A stretch of 64,000 nt of DNA from Candidatus Aminicenantes bacterium (GTDB lineage Bacteria; Acidobacteriota; Aminicenantia; Aminicenantales; Saccharicenantaceae), in NCBI GenBank assembly GCA_017999365.1, contig JAGNLW010000002.1, positions 160,530-224,529 of the forward strand. Reading direction: 5' to 3'. The position numbers and the translations under genes were made by a program. Shown here piece by piece: positions 23,257 to 31,799 of this stretch. The notes under the pieces are model-generated. The model did not search any database, was not told where the DNA came from, and worked only from the letters and a program-made list of their open reading frames with translations. The number at the start of each line of letters is the position of its first letter. The stretch's first letter is position 1.

Positions 23257-23595
23257 TCAATCGCCGACGATCTCGATCAATCCTTCGATGGCCCGGGCCA
23301 GCTCTTCCGGGGAGAGCACGGCCGCGACCTCGCCGAGACGGTCGACCGAAAGCGTGCGGACCTGGCCGATCTTGAGCCAGGACCTCTTGGGCAAATCTCC
23401 GGGCCCGATCTCTATGGTCAACGGGAATCCGGCCCGTTGAGGCCGGCCGGTGAGGGCCATGGCGATGACGGTCCCGGACCGTTCGTTGAAGACGTCGTGA
23501 CTGATGACGAGGACCGGGCGGCGGCCCGACTGCTCATGGCCGCGCACAGGGCTCAGGTCAGCCCAGCGGACCTCTCCCCTCAATATTCGGGCCAT
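23257..23595 (-). CDS. mazF: MazF/PemK-family endoribonuclease toxin
   Basis: RGEVRWADLSPVRGHEQSGRRPVLVIS signature of MazF/PemK; start at MARILRGE. Confidence 0.8.
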   Translation of the reverse strand: MARILRGEVRWADLSPVRGHEQSGRRPVLVISHDVFNERSGTVIAMALTGRPQRAGFPLTIEIGPGDLPKRSWLKIGQVRTLSVDRLGEVAAVLSPEELARAIEGLIEIVGD

Positions 23596-23822
23596 TCGGC
23601 CGCCTCCGCGGAGAGCCCTTCCTCCGCGAGCTCCTTCTCGTGGGCCCGGTCGAGTTTGGCGCATTCGGCGGCCAGGCGGATACGGGCCAGCCGGTCGAGC
23701 TTCTCGGCGACCGCGATCTCGATGGCCTGGCTCCGATTGGAAAAGTCCCCGCCACGGACCAGCGCGTCGATGCGCGCCAGGGCCTGTTCGTCGATGGATA
23801 TGGCGATCTTGGCTTTGGGCAT
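23580..23822 (-). CDS. ribbon-helix-helix (CopG/MazE-like) antitoxin
   Basis: MPKAKIAISIDEQALARIDALV... RHH pattern; overlaps mazF start by 16 nt. Confidence 0.7.
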   Translation of the reverse strand: MPKAKIAISIDEQALARIDALVRGGDFSNRSQAIEIAVAEKLDRLARIRLAAECAKLDRAHEKELAEEGLSAEAAEWPEY

Positions 23823-23971
23823 GTTCGCGGACTCGGTATTACGATATGTCATACCTTCGGTCTCTGTCAAGGCCGACGGATCGCCTGCCAAATTCCAAGA
23901 GACGTTCGGGCAACCCTGACTTTCTCATGAGCTCTCAGGGACCCGACACCTAGGCAGGTCGGGAGCCGGGC

Positions 23972-25378
23972 TCAGGCGTGGGGGATGGAGGTGTGGGCCG
24001 AGATCTCGGAGTTCGTCGTGACCAGGTCGGCGACCGAGAGCTCGCGGACGGCGCCGTGGCCCGTGAGCCGGACGAAAGCCTGCAGTTCCTCGGTCGAGAC
24101 GCGCAGGAAGTTGGCCAGCCCGCGGGCCGCCTCCTCGACGTCGAGCCGGGCCCGCAGGCCCGGGTCCTGGGTGGCGATGCCGACCGGGCAGCGCCCCGAA
24201 TCGCAAATGCGGTACTGCTGGCAGCCGATGGCCATGAGCGCCGCCGTCCCGATGGCTACGGCATCGGCGCCTAGGGCCAAGGCCTTGGCGAAATCGGACG
24301 AGACGCGCAGGCCGCCCGTGACGATAAGCGACACGCCCTCGACGCCGCGGGCCTCGAGCCAGCGGCGGGCCCGGTCGAGGGCGTAGACCGTCGGCACGGA
24401 CGTGGCGTCCTTGACGACCTTGATGGCCGCCCCGGTGGACCCGGCCCGGCCGTCGATGGTGACGAAGTCGGGGCCGCCGGCCAGGGCGAAATCGAGATCG
24501 GCCTCGACGTCCCCGGCGGCGAACTTGACCCCGACGGGCCGCCCTCCGGAGATCTCGCGCAGCTCGTCGATCTTGCGCCGCAGGTCCTCCCGGGTGACGA
24601 TGTCCGCGAAGCGCGACGGGCTGACGATGTCCACGCCCTCGGGGAAGCCGCGCGCGGCGGCGATCTCGGCCGTGACCTTGCTACCGGGCAGGTGGCCGCC
24701 CATGCCGGGCTTGGCCGACTGGCCGAACTTGATCTCGACGGCGTCGACGCGCTTCAGGTTCTCGGGCGTGGCGCCGTAGCGGTTGGGGACGTACTCGAAG
24801 ATGAACTTTTGGGCCTGCCCCAAGGCGTCCTCGAGGATGCCGCCCTCGCCCGAGCCCAGCGCGGTGCCGGCGGCGGCGCTGCCGAGGGCCAGGGCCGAGA
24901 GGGCCTCCTTCGACAGGGCCCCGAACGACATGTGGCTGACGAGGATGGGCGTGCCCAGGACGAGCGGCTTGGCCGCCCGCGGCCCGATGACCGTCCGCGT
25001 GTCGACCGGGTCGTCGCGGTCGAGCGGCCGGCGGGCCAGCTGGGCGCCCTTGATGAGGACGTCGTCCCAGGACACGACCGGCTTGCGCGTCCGCATGGGC
25101 TCGACGACGGACTCGCCGGTCAGGGCTACGCGGTGGATGTCGGCCATGCGCGTCTCGAGCTCGTCGGAGGCCCGGCGGAGGTCGTCGACGGTCTTGGGTT
25201 CGCGCGCGGGCTCGGCCGGCGGCGGGGCCAGCTCCGGCTCGTCCTCGACCCGCTCGAACTCCGACTTGGCCGCGCCGCAGACGGGGCAGACCCAATCGGG
25301 GGGCAGGGCGGCGAAGGAGATGCCCTCGGTCCTCTCGTCGTAGACGTACTGGCAGATGCGGCAGCGGTACTTGCCCAT
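23972..25378 (-). CDS. rubredoxin-fused glutamate synthase-related FMN-binding (GltS domain 2-like) protein
   Basis: N-terminal CxxC...CPxCG rubredoxin motif (CRICQYVY...CPVCGAAK), then GltB FMN-domain similarity (ILVSHMSFGALS, GSGEGG, KFGQSAKPGMGGHLPG, C-terminal CxxxxxGRC cluster). Confidence 0.8.
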   Translation of the reverse strand: MGKYRCRICQYVYDERTEGISFAALPPDWVCPVCGAAKSEFERVEDEPELAPPPAEPAREPKTVDDLRRASDELETRMADIHRVALTGESVVEPMRTRKPVVSWDDVLIKGAQLARRPLDRDDPVDTRTVIGPRAAKPLVLGTPILVSHMSFGALSKEALSALALGSAAAGTALGSGEGGILEDALGQAQKFIFEYVPNRYGATPENLKRVDAVEIKFGQSAKPGMGGHLPGSKVTAEIAAARGFPEGVDIVSPSRFADIVTREDLRRKIDELREISGGRPVGVKFAAGDVEADLDFALAGGPDFVTIDGRAGSTGAAIKVVKDATSVPTVYALDRARRWLEARGVEGVSLIVTGGLRVSSDFAKALALGADAVAIGTAALMAIGCQQYRICDSGRCPVGIATQDPGLRARLDVEEAARGLANFLRVSTEELQAFVRLTGHGAVRELSVADLVTTNSEISAHTSIPHA

Positions 25379-25456
25379 GGTCTCCCCGGCGCCGGGTATC
25401 TTAGCATCGAACACAGGGCTAGACAACTGGCTCCTCAGCTTGCTTCCGCGGGGGCT

Positions 25457-25646
25457 TGGCGCTTATCCCAAGAACGGGTGGCCGGGGGCCAGTCCCCGGC
25501 CGCCTGGAGGCGGAAGGGGTTCCCCACGGGAGCTTCTTCTTAAGATACTTCCCAGATGCGCCGCTTCGAGCCGCTCCGCGACGCATCTGGTCCTCCGCTT
25601 CGCTCCGGGTAGGCCCCCCGGACAGGACCCGTTCGGGGATAAGCGC
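25457..25646. ncRNA. candidate structured RNA / cis-regulatory leader (~190 nt) closed by a 20-bp long-range helix
   Basis: GGCGCTTATCCC-AA-GAACGGGT (25457-25478) pairs with ACCCGTTC-G-GGGATAAGCGCC (25626-25646); internal hairpins GGCCGGGG/CCCCGGCC, GGGGTTCCCC, CCAGATGCG/CGCATCTGG. Confidence 0.3.
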
Positions 25647-25675
25647 CCCGACCGCCTAGTGTGGCTCCGAAGGGC

Positions 25676-27844
25676 CTACAAACGCCACCAGTAGGAGAAC
25701 TTGACGAAGACGTTGTAGTTGTCGCGGATGAGCTTGCCGAACTCGTCGCGCAGGTAGTTGTTGTCGAAGCCCAGGAAGAAGACCGTGCCGGGCCGCAGGA
25801 CCCAGCTCGCCAGGAGGCTGCCGAAGGCCTGCTTGTAGAAGAAGTTGTAGTCGACGATGGCCCGGAAGGACAGCGTCTTGCTGACCTGATAGGTGACCTT
25901 CTCGCGGACGACGTTGTAGTCCCAGTTCCCGGCCCCGCCGTCCCGGTCCCAGAAGGTCTGCTTGCTGAAGTCCGTGCCGAGCTGGAGGCGCTTGTCGGGC
26001 TTGAAGGTCGCCGAGATGCCATAGGTGTTGCTGTAGCCGAGGTAGGGATCGTCGGGGTCGTAATTGATGCTGTCGCCGGTCTCGAAGAACAGGAACAGGG
26101 GCATCCAGCTGATGTACGTGAACTGGGCCTCGACCGACAGGTTCTGCTTCTTGAAATCGATCCCGGCGAAGCGCTCCATCCCGGCTTCGTACGAGACGAA
26201 GACCTGGTTGAACTCGGTCATGCGGAACTGGACCGAGGGCCGGATCCAGGTGTCCTGCTTGACGCTGTCGGCGTAACCGAAGCGTTCCCCGGCCTGGAGC
26301 CGGAAGCGGACCTGGTTGAGGTACTTCTTGTCGGTATAGACGACGTAGGAGGCGAACCCCCCGGCGCTCCGGTAGTCCGCCCGGTTGACGAAGCCCAGGG
26401 CGGCCTGGAAATCGGGGTGGATGGCCTTGTAGAAGCCGCCCAGGGTCCAGTGCTTGGTCGTGTAGTAGAGCTCGCCGTACAAGCCCGGGGCGAAGTCCGT
26501 CCGGTCGCCCTCCAGGCTCGAGCTCGAGGCCAGGGCCTGGAAGTTGAAGAAGACCCGGTCCTTGAACCGCAGCTGGCCGTCCAGGCCGCCCAGCCGGCTC
26601 CAGGTGCCGCCGCCGAGCTCCTTGTCGGTCAGGGTGAAGCCGATGTAGGACCCCGTGCCGACGTCGGCCTTGGTCCGGAAGACGTTGGAGAACGCCTTGG
26701 CGTCGGCGAGACCCGTCCCGCCGGAGATGTCCCACAGGCTCTCGACGGGGTGCGTGTCGTAGGCCGAGAGCAGGCCGTAGGTGAACCGCCCGGCCTTGCC
26801 TGAGGCCTTGGCCCCGAAGATGGGGTCGTTGATCTGGCGGGTGTAGACGGTCTCGATCTCGGGCGAGTTGAAGATCTCCATGCCCTCGAGGAAGAAGGGC
26901 CGCTTCTCGTTGTAGCGCAGGGCGTAGCGGAGGTTGTAGTCGATCTTGGGCTCGTCGGCCTCGATCTGGCTGAAGTCGGGGTTGGCCGTCAGGTCCAGGG
27001 TCGTATTGGAGGACAGGCCGAGCTTGAAGTTGGCGCCCGGCTCGAAGTCCAGCTTCCGCCCCTCGACCGCCGGGCCGCCGCGGGCGAGCGAGGTCACGAA
27101 GGGCATGACCTCGACGTTGCGGCTGCGCTCGACGGCCCCCTGCAGGAGGTAGGGCCGGCCGTTGGAGAGCAGGCCCGGGATGTCGCGGGAGAAGTTCGGG
27201 TACAGGATGACCTCGCCGGTCCGGGGCAGGTTCCGGCCGAGGACGATGTTCCAGGTCTTCGGATCGACGTTCGGGAAGCGCAGGCTCTTGAACGGGATGG
27301 CCATCTCGACGGTGTAACCCTCGGCGTCGATCTTGCCGTCGGACGCGAAGACCGTGTCCCAGCTGTCGTCCATGTTGTCGCTGCCGCCCTCCTCGATCCG
27401 CATCATGTCCATCTGGACCCCGGCCGGATTGATGAGGAAGGAGAAGGCCCGGCGCTTCTCGTTGAAGGTGTCGAGCATGATGAAGACCCAATCGTCCTCC
27501 ATGCAGCCGTCGCGCTTGGTGATCGAGCAGCGGACCCTGCCGGCCTGGGAGTCGAAGGCCCGGAAGGCGACGTAGAGGTTCTTCTCGTCGAAGGCCAGGT
27601 AGGCCACCGTCCTCTCGGTCGGGACGCCGTTCTCCTTGGGCGCCAGCTGGATGAAGTCCTCGACCTTGAGGGCCTGGGTCTCCCAGATGGGATTGTCCAG
27701 GACGCCGTCGATCTTGGGGGCCTCCGTCAACCGCGGGATGCGCAGAGGCTCCTTGGGGACGGGCGTCTGGGCGGAGGGGAAGGCCGCGGCCGAGGCCGCG
27801 GCCAAAGCTATCGTCAACGCCGCGAGGGCTGTTCGGTATCTCAT
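25676..27844 (-). CDS. outer-membrane protein of DUF5916 / carbohydrate-binding family 9-like type
   Basis: Signal peptide MRYRTALAALTIALAAASAAA; N-terminal CBM9-like region; long beta-rich C-terminal domain ending ...FSYWWRL. Confidence 0.7.
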   Translation of the reverse strand: MRYRTALAALTIALAAASAAAFPSAQTPVPKEPLRIPRLTEAPKIDGVLDNPIWETQALKVEDFIQLAPKENGVPTERTVAYLAFDEKNLYVAFRAFDSQAGRVRCSITKRDGCMEDDWVFIMLDTFNEKRRAFSFLINPAGVQMDMMRIEEGGSDNMDDSWDTVFASDGKIDAEGYTVEMAIPFKSLRFPNVDPKTWNIVLGRNLPRTGEVILYPNFSRDIPGLLSNGRPYLLQGAVERSRNVEVMPFVTSLARGGPAVEGRKLDFEPGANFKLGLSSNTTLDLTANPDFSQIEADEPKIDYNLRYALRYNEKRPFFLEGMEIFNSPEIETVYTRQINDPIFGAKASGKAGRFTYGLLSAYDTHPVESLWDISGGTGLADAKAFSNVFRTKADVGTGSYIGFTLTDKELGGGTWSRLGGLDGQLRFKDRVFFNFQALASSSSLEGDRTDFAPGLYGELYYTTKHWTLGGFYKAIHPDFQAALGFVNRADYRSAGGFASYVVYTDKKYLNQVRFRLQAGERFGYADSVKQDTWIRPSVQFRMTEFNQVFVSYEAGMERFAGIDFKKQNLSVEAQFTYISWMPLFLFFETGDSINYDPDDPYLGYSNTYGISATFKPDKRLQLGTDFSKQTFWDRDGGAGNWDYNVVREKVTYQVSKTLSFRAIVDYNFFYKQAFGSLLASWVLRPGTVFFLGFDNNYLRDEFGKLIRDNYNVFVKFSYWWRL

Positions 27845-27981
27845 GCCTGCCTGCCTTGGACCGGAATAGGAACCGGCGGGGATCTCGTTCCCCGCGCTAA
27901 CAATGACGGAGGCGCGGTCCAAAAGGTTCCCCTGAGGGCCGGCCGCGAGTATAATGGCGGCTCGAGCCCGCGCACGGAGGT

Positions 27982-29178
27982 ATGCCCATGACGAAGTCCC
28001 GGTCCTCACGGTCCTTCCGGTCCCCCGCCCCTCTCCTCGCCCTGTCCCTGGCCATGGCCCTCGCCCTGGCCGCGGCGGCCCCCCTGGCCGGCCAGGCGCC
28101 CGCCCCGCGCCCGCCCGTCGACCGCTGGCTCGACACCGCGCCCGACCGGGGCGACGGCGTCCGCCTGGTCGTCTTCAACCCCGAGACCTTCAACCTCCGC
28201 TGCCTCGAGGCCCTGCGGAAGAACGGGGCCCTGGACGTGCCCGGGCTGACGGTCGTCGGCGTCTACCACGTCCGCCAGACCGACACGTTCGCCGAGGCCC
28301 GTAAATTCGTCGCCGACAACGGACTCGACTGGATCAAGTTCCACGCCGTCGAAGCCGAGATCAGCGAGCCCGTCCTGTTCAAGAGGAACGCCTGCACGCC
28401 CGAGTTCGAGACGATCGTCAGGAAGGCCGACGGCGTCATCTTCTTCGGCGGCCCCGACATCCCGCCCTCGGTCTTCGGCGAGAAGACCCTCCTGCTGACC
28501 TCGATCACCGATCCCTTCCGCCATTATCTCGAGGCCTCGGCCGTCTTCCATCTGCTCGGCGGCTCCCAAGACCCCAAGTTCACCCCGCTCCTCGAGGCCC
28601 GCCCGGGCTTCCCGGTCCTGGGCATCTGCCTGGGCTTCCAGACCCTCAACGTCGGCGCGGGCGGCACGCTCGTCCAGGACATCTGGACCGAGACCTACGG
28701 CAAGACGGCCGTCGAGGACATCGTCGCCCTCGGCCCGGAGCAGTGGCACAACAATCCCTACCGCTTCCTCTTCCCGCTCGACCGGGTCATGGGCGTCAAC
28801 TACCACACCCTCCAGCTCGGCGACAACAGCCTGTTCGTCAAGGCCATGGGCTTCAAGTCCTCCGACCACCCCCGCATCCGCAGCTCGCACCACCAGGCCC
28901 TCGAGAAGATGGGGCGCGACCTCGTCGCCGTGGCCTCCTCGCGCGACGGCCGCGTCGTCGAGGCCGTCGAGCACAAGCGCTTCCCCCACGTCCTCGGGGT
29001 GCAGTTCCACCCCGAACACTACCTCCACTTCGACGCCGAGCCGCGCTTCCGCATGAAGCCCGGCGACCCGCCGACGAGCCTCAAGGCCATCCTGGAGGAG
29101 GCCCCGCCGAGCGCCGCCTTCAACAAGGCCATCTGGACCTGGTTCGGGTCCAAGCTCGTCGAGAGCCGCGGCCGCTAG
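27982..29178 (+). CDS. secreted class-I glutamine amidotransferase-like / peptidase C26 (gamma-glutamyl hydrolase PuuD-like) protein
   Basis: Signal peptide; GICLGFQ (Cys), SSHHQAL, VQFHPE catalytic signature of C26/GATase1. Confidence 0.75.
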   Translation: MPMTKSRSSRSFRSPAPLLALSLAMALALAAAAPLAGQAPAPRPPVDRWLDTAPDRGDGVRLVVFNPETFNLRCLEALRKNGALDVPGLTVVGVYHVRQTDTFAEARKFVADNGLDWIKFHAVEAEISEPVLFKRNACTPEFETIVRKADGVIFFGGPDIPPSVFGEKTLLLTSITDPFRHYLEASAVFHLLGGSQDPKFTPLLEARPGFPVLGICLGFQTLNVGAGGTLVQDIWTETYGKTAVEDIVALGPEQWHNNPYRFLFPLDRVMGVNYHTLQLGDNSLFVKAMGFKSSDHPRIRSSHHQALEKMGRDLVAVASSRDGRVVEAVEHKRFPHVLGVQFHPEHYLHFDAEPRFRMKPGDPPTSLKAILEEAPPSAAFNKAIWTWFGSKLVESRGR

Positions 29179-29183
29179 ACCGT

Positions 29184-29212
29184 TTGACACCCCTCCGGGC
29201 GGCCGTTATCAT
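29184..29212 (+). promoter_or_regulatory. sigma70-like promoter TTGACA-N17-TATCAT upstream of LuxR-family regulator
   Basis: Consensus -35 at 29184-29189, 17-nt spacer, TATCAT at 29207-29212. Confidence 0.4.
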
Positions 29213-29267
29213 GGACAGGTCGTCCACGTCGTGACCGCGCCGCCGCCGGGCGCGAGGTGAATCCGGG

Positions 29268-31700
29268 ATGTCGGTGCTCCGTCGGCTCTTCCGCCGTGAT
29301 GATCCGCCCCCCGCGCTCCGTCTCCGCGGCGGCGACGCCTTCGAGGCCTCGGCCGCCGAGGCCGGTCTCACGGCCCGCGAGGCCGAGATCGTCCGCCTCC
29401 TCATCGAGGGACGGGACAACCGGGCCATCACCGAGGCCCTGTTCATCGCCGACCACACCGTCAAGAACCACATCCACAACATCTACCGCAAGCTCGACAT
29501 CCGCAACCGGGTCCAACTCGTGCGCCGCTTCCAGGCCGTTCTCGAGGAGCCCGGCCGGGCGGCGGCCGCCGCGGCGCCCCCGGCCACGGTGCGCCGGCCG
29601 CGCCTCCTACGGGCCGCCCTGGCCGCCGTCCTCGTCTTCGGCCTCGCCGCGGCCCTCGTCGCCTGGAAGCCCTGGCACCGGCGGGCCGGGCGGGGCGTGT
29701 CGGCGCCGCCCCCGGCCCTGGCCGTGCTCGATTTCGAGAACGCTTCGGGCGACGCCGACCTCGGCAAGTGGGCCACGGGGCTCCCGGCCCTGCTGACGAC
29801 CGACCTCCAGCAATCCCAACGCTTCCGCACGGTGGGGACCGACCTCGTCTTCGGCGCCCTCAGGAAGCACGGCCTGGCCGCGGCCGGCCGCTTCTCCCGC
29901 GAGGAGCTCCGCCGCCTGGCCCGCGAGCTCAAGGCCGACTACCTCCTCTGCGGCCGGCTGATGAAGGCCGGCCCGGCCATCGTCGTGACGACCACCCTCC
30001 AGGACGCCCGGACCGGCGACGCCGTCCGGACCGACCGGATCGTCTGCGCCGACGAGCAGGCCCTGCTCGGCGAGGCCGACGCGCTCTGCCGGCTGATCAG
30101 GTCCGGCCTCGAGCGGAAGGCGGCCGCCGCGAGGGACGAGGTCGACCACGACGTCGAGGAGCTGACCACGTCGTACGCTCTGGCCTACCGCTACTACGCC
30201 GAAGCCCTGCGCTACCATGCCACCGGCGACTACGAGCAGAGCCTGCTGATGCTGAAGAAAGCCGTCGATCTCGACCCCCAGTTCGCCCTGGCTTACCGGC
30301 TGATGTCCGTCGATGCCCGCAACCTCGGCTACTTCGCCCAGGAAGCCGAGTACATGCGGACGGCTTTCGAGCTGAGCGGGCGCCTGCCCGAGAGCTCCCG
30401 GGAGCGCCATCTCATCCGGGGCGATTACTACAGCCTCCAGGAAGCCACCTTCCCCCTGGCCGTCGAGGCCTTCCGTCTGGTTCTCGAAGGCCACCCGGAC
30501 GACCTCGTCGCCAACAACAACCTGGGCATGCTCTACTACGACCTCGAGGACTACGAGGCCGCCGCCCGTTCGGCCGAGGTCCCCATCCGGAGCGGGACGG
30601 ACAACCCCTTCCCCTACCACACCCGGGCCATCGCCCTGAGGGCCCTGGGCCGGAGCGCCGAGGCCGCGCGCCTGCTCGAGTCCTACCATGCCGTGCACCC
30701 GGCCAACCGGCTCGTCTACGAAACGCTGCTCGATGTCCTGATCGACGGCGGCGATTTCACGGCGGCCGAGGCCGCGTTGGCCAAGGCCGAAGCCGTGTTC
30801 CCCGACCCCGCCTGGTCCTATTGGCGGGGCGCCGTGCTCTTCCATACCCGGGGCGCCGCCGCGGCCCGCGAGGAGTTCCGCCGCCTCTTCCTCATGGAGG
30901 AGGCGCCCTGGTTCCTGAGGGCCCACGAACAGCTCGGCGCCGTGGCCGAGGCCGGCGGCCGGTTCCGCGAAGCCGCCGAGGAGTACGGCAAGGGCGCCGG
31001 CATGGCCGAGACGACCGGCCAGACCGATTGGGTGACGGTCCTCCGTCTCGGCCGGGGCCGGGTTTTCCTCGAACTGGGGAACGCGGCGGCCGCGGCCGTC
31101 GAAGCGGACAAAGCCGTCGCGGCCGCCCGGAAGGCCAGCCAGAGCTACCGGCTGGCCGCGGCGCTGACGTTCCTGGCCGAAGCCCGCCTCGGGTCCGGGG
31201 ATGCGGCCGGGGCCGAAACGGCCGCCGCCGAATCGCGGGCCCTGGCCGCCACCGGCAAGACGGCGCGGCTGGCGCGGGAACACGAGTTCCTTCTGGGGCT
31301 GATCGATCTCGCGGCGGGCCGGACCGCCGAAGCCGTCATTCGCCTGGAAAAGGCCCGCTCGCTCGTCTCCCGGCGGGACCGCCTCGACGGCCGCAACGTC
31401 CTCTATTCGCTGGCGCTGGCCGAGGCCCGGGACCGGGCGGGCGACGCGGCCGGCGCGGCCGGGGTCTTACGGCCTTACATCGCCGCCCCGGGCAACACCC
31501 TGCGGGCGGGCGGATCCTACGGCCGGGCCCTCCTGGCTTTGGCCCGCTTGGACGCGAAGCTCGGCCGGACGGACGCGGCCGGGGCCGGGTACCGCGCCTT
31601 CCTCGAACTGTGGAAGGACGCCGAGCCGGGCCGGCCGGAGATAGAAGAGGCCCGGAACCGCCTGTCGGCCGCGCCGGCCAAAGCCGGCCAAGACCGCTGA
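29268..31700 (+). CDS. membrane-anchored LuxR/GerE-type HTH regulator with periplasmic sensor-like + TPR domain
   Basis: N-terminal LuxR HTH (LTAREAEIVRLLIEGRDNRAITEALFIADHTVKNHIHNIYRKL), single TM (LLRAALAAVLVFGLAAALVAW), motif ALAVLDFENASGD...LTTDL, multiple TPR-like repeats. Confidence 0.75.
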   Translation: MSVLRRLFRRDDPPPALRLRGGDAFEASAAEAGLTAREAEIVRLLIEGRDNRAITEALFIADHTVKNHIHNIYRKLDIRNRVQLVRRFQAVLEEPGRAAAAAAPPATVRRPRLLRAALAAVLVFGLAAALVAWKPWHRRAGRGVSAPPPALAVLDFENASGDADLGKWATGLPALLTTDLQQSQRFRTVGTDLVFGALRKHGLAAAGRFSREELRRLARELKADYLLCGRLMKAGPAIVVTTTLQDARTGDAVRTDRIVCADEQALLGEADALCRLIRSGLERKAAAARDEVDHDVEELTTSYALAYRYYAEALRYHATGDYEQSLLMLKKAVDLDPQFALAYRLMSVDARNLGYFAQEAEYMRTAFELSGRLPESSRERHLIRGDYYSLQEATFPLAVEAFRLVLEGHPDDLVANNNLGMLYYDLEDYEAAARSAEVPIRSGTDNPFPYHTRAIALRALGRSAEAARLLESYHAVHPANRLVYETLLDVLIDGGDFTAAEAALAKAEAVFPDPAWSYWRGAVLFHTRGAAAAREEFRRLFLMEEAPWFLRAHEQLGAVAEAGGRFREAAEEYGKGAGMAETTGQTDWVTVLRLGRGRVFLELGNAAAAAVEADKAVAAARKASQSYRLAAALTFLAEARLGSGDAAGAETAAAESRALAATGKTARLAREHEFLLGLIDLAAGRTAEAVIRLEKARSLVSRRDRLDGRNVLYSLALAEARDRAGDAAGAAGVLRPYIAAPGNTLRAGGSYGRALLALARLDAKLGRTDAAGAGYRAFLELWKDAEPGRPEIEEARNRLSAAPAKAGQDR

Positions 31701-31799
31701 CGGCCCCGGGCCCCGGGGGAAAGAAAAGGAGGGGTGGCCCGCCCCTCCGGGAAAGGGGCGGACCGTGACGGGCTCCGCGTCACTCCCCTCGCGAATGCA

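Noticed and set aside
25457-25646. Calling the structured element 6S RNA
   Set aside because: Closing helix and length fit, but the interior is multi-hairpin rather than a single long irregular helix with a central bubble; left as unclassified candidate structured RNA
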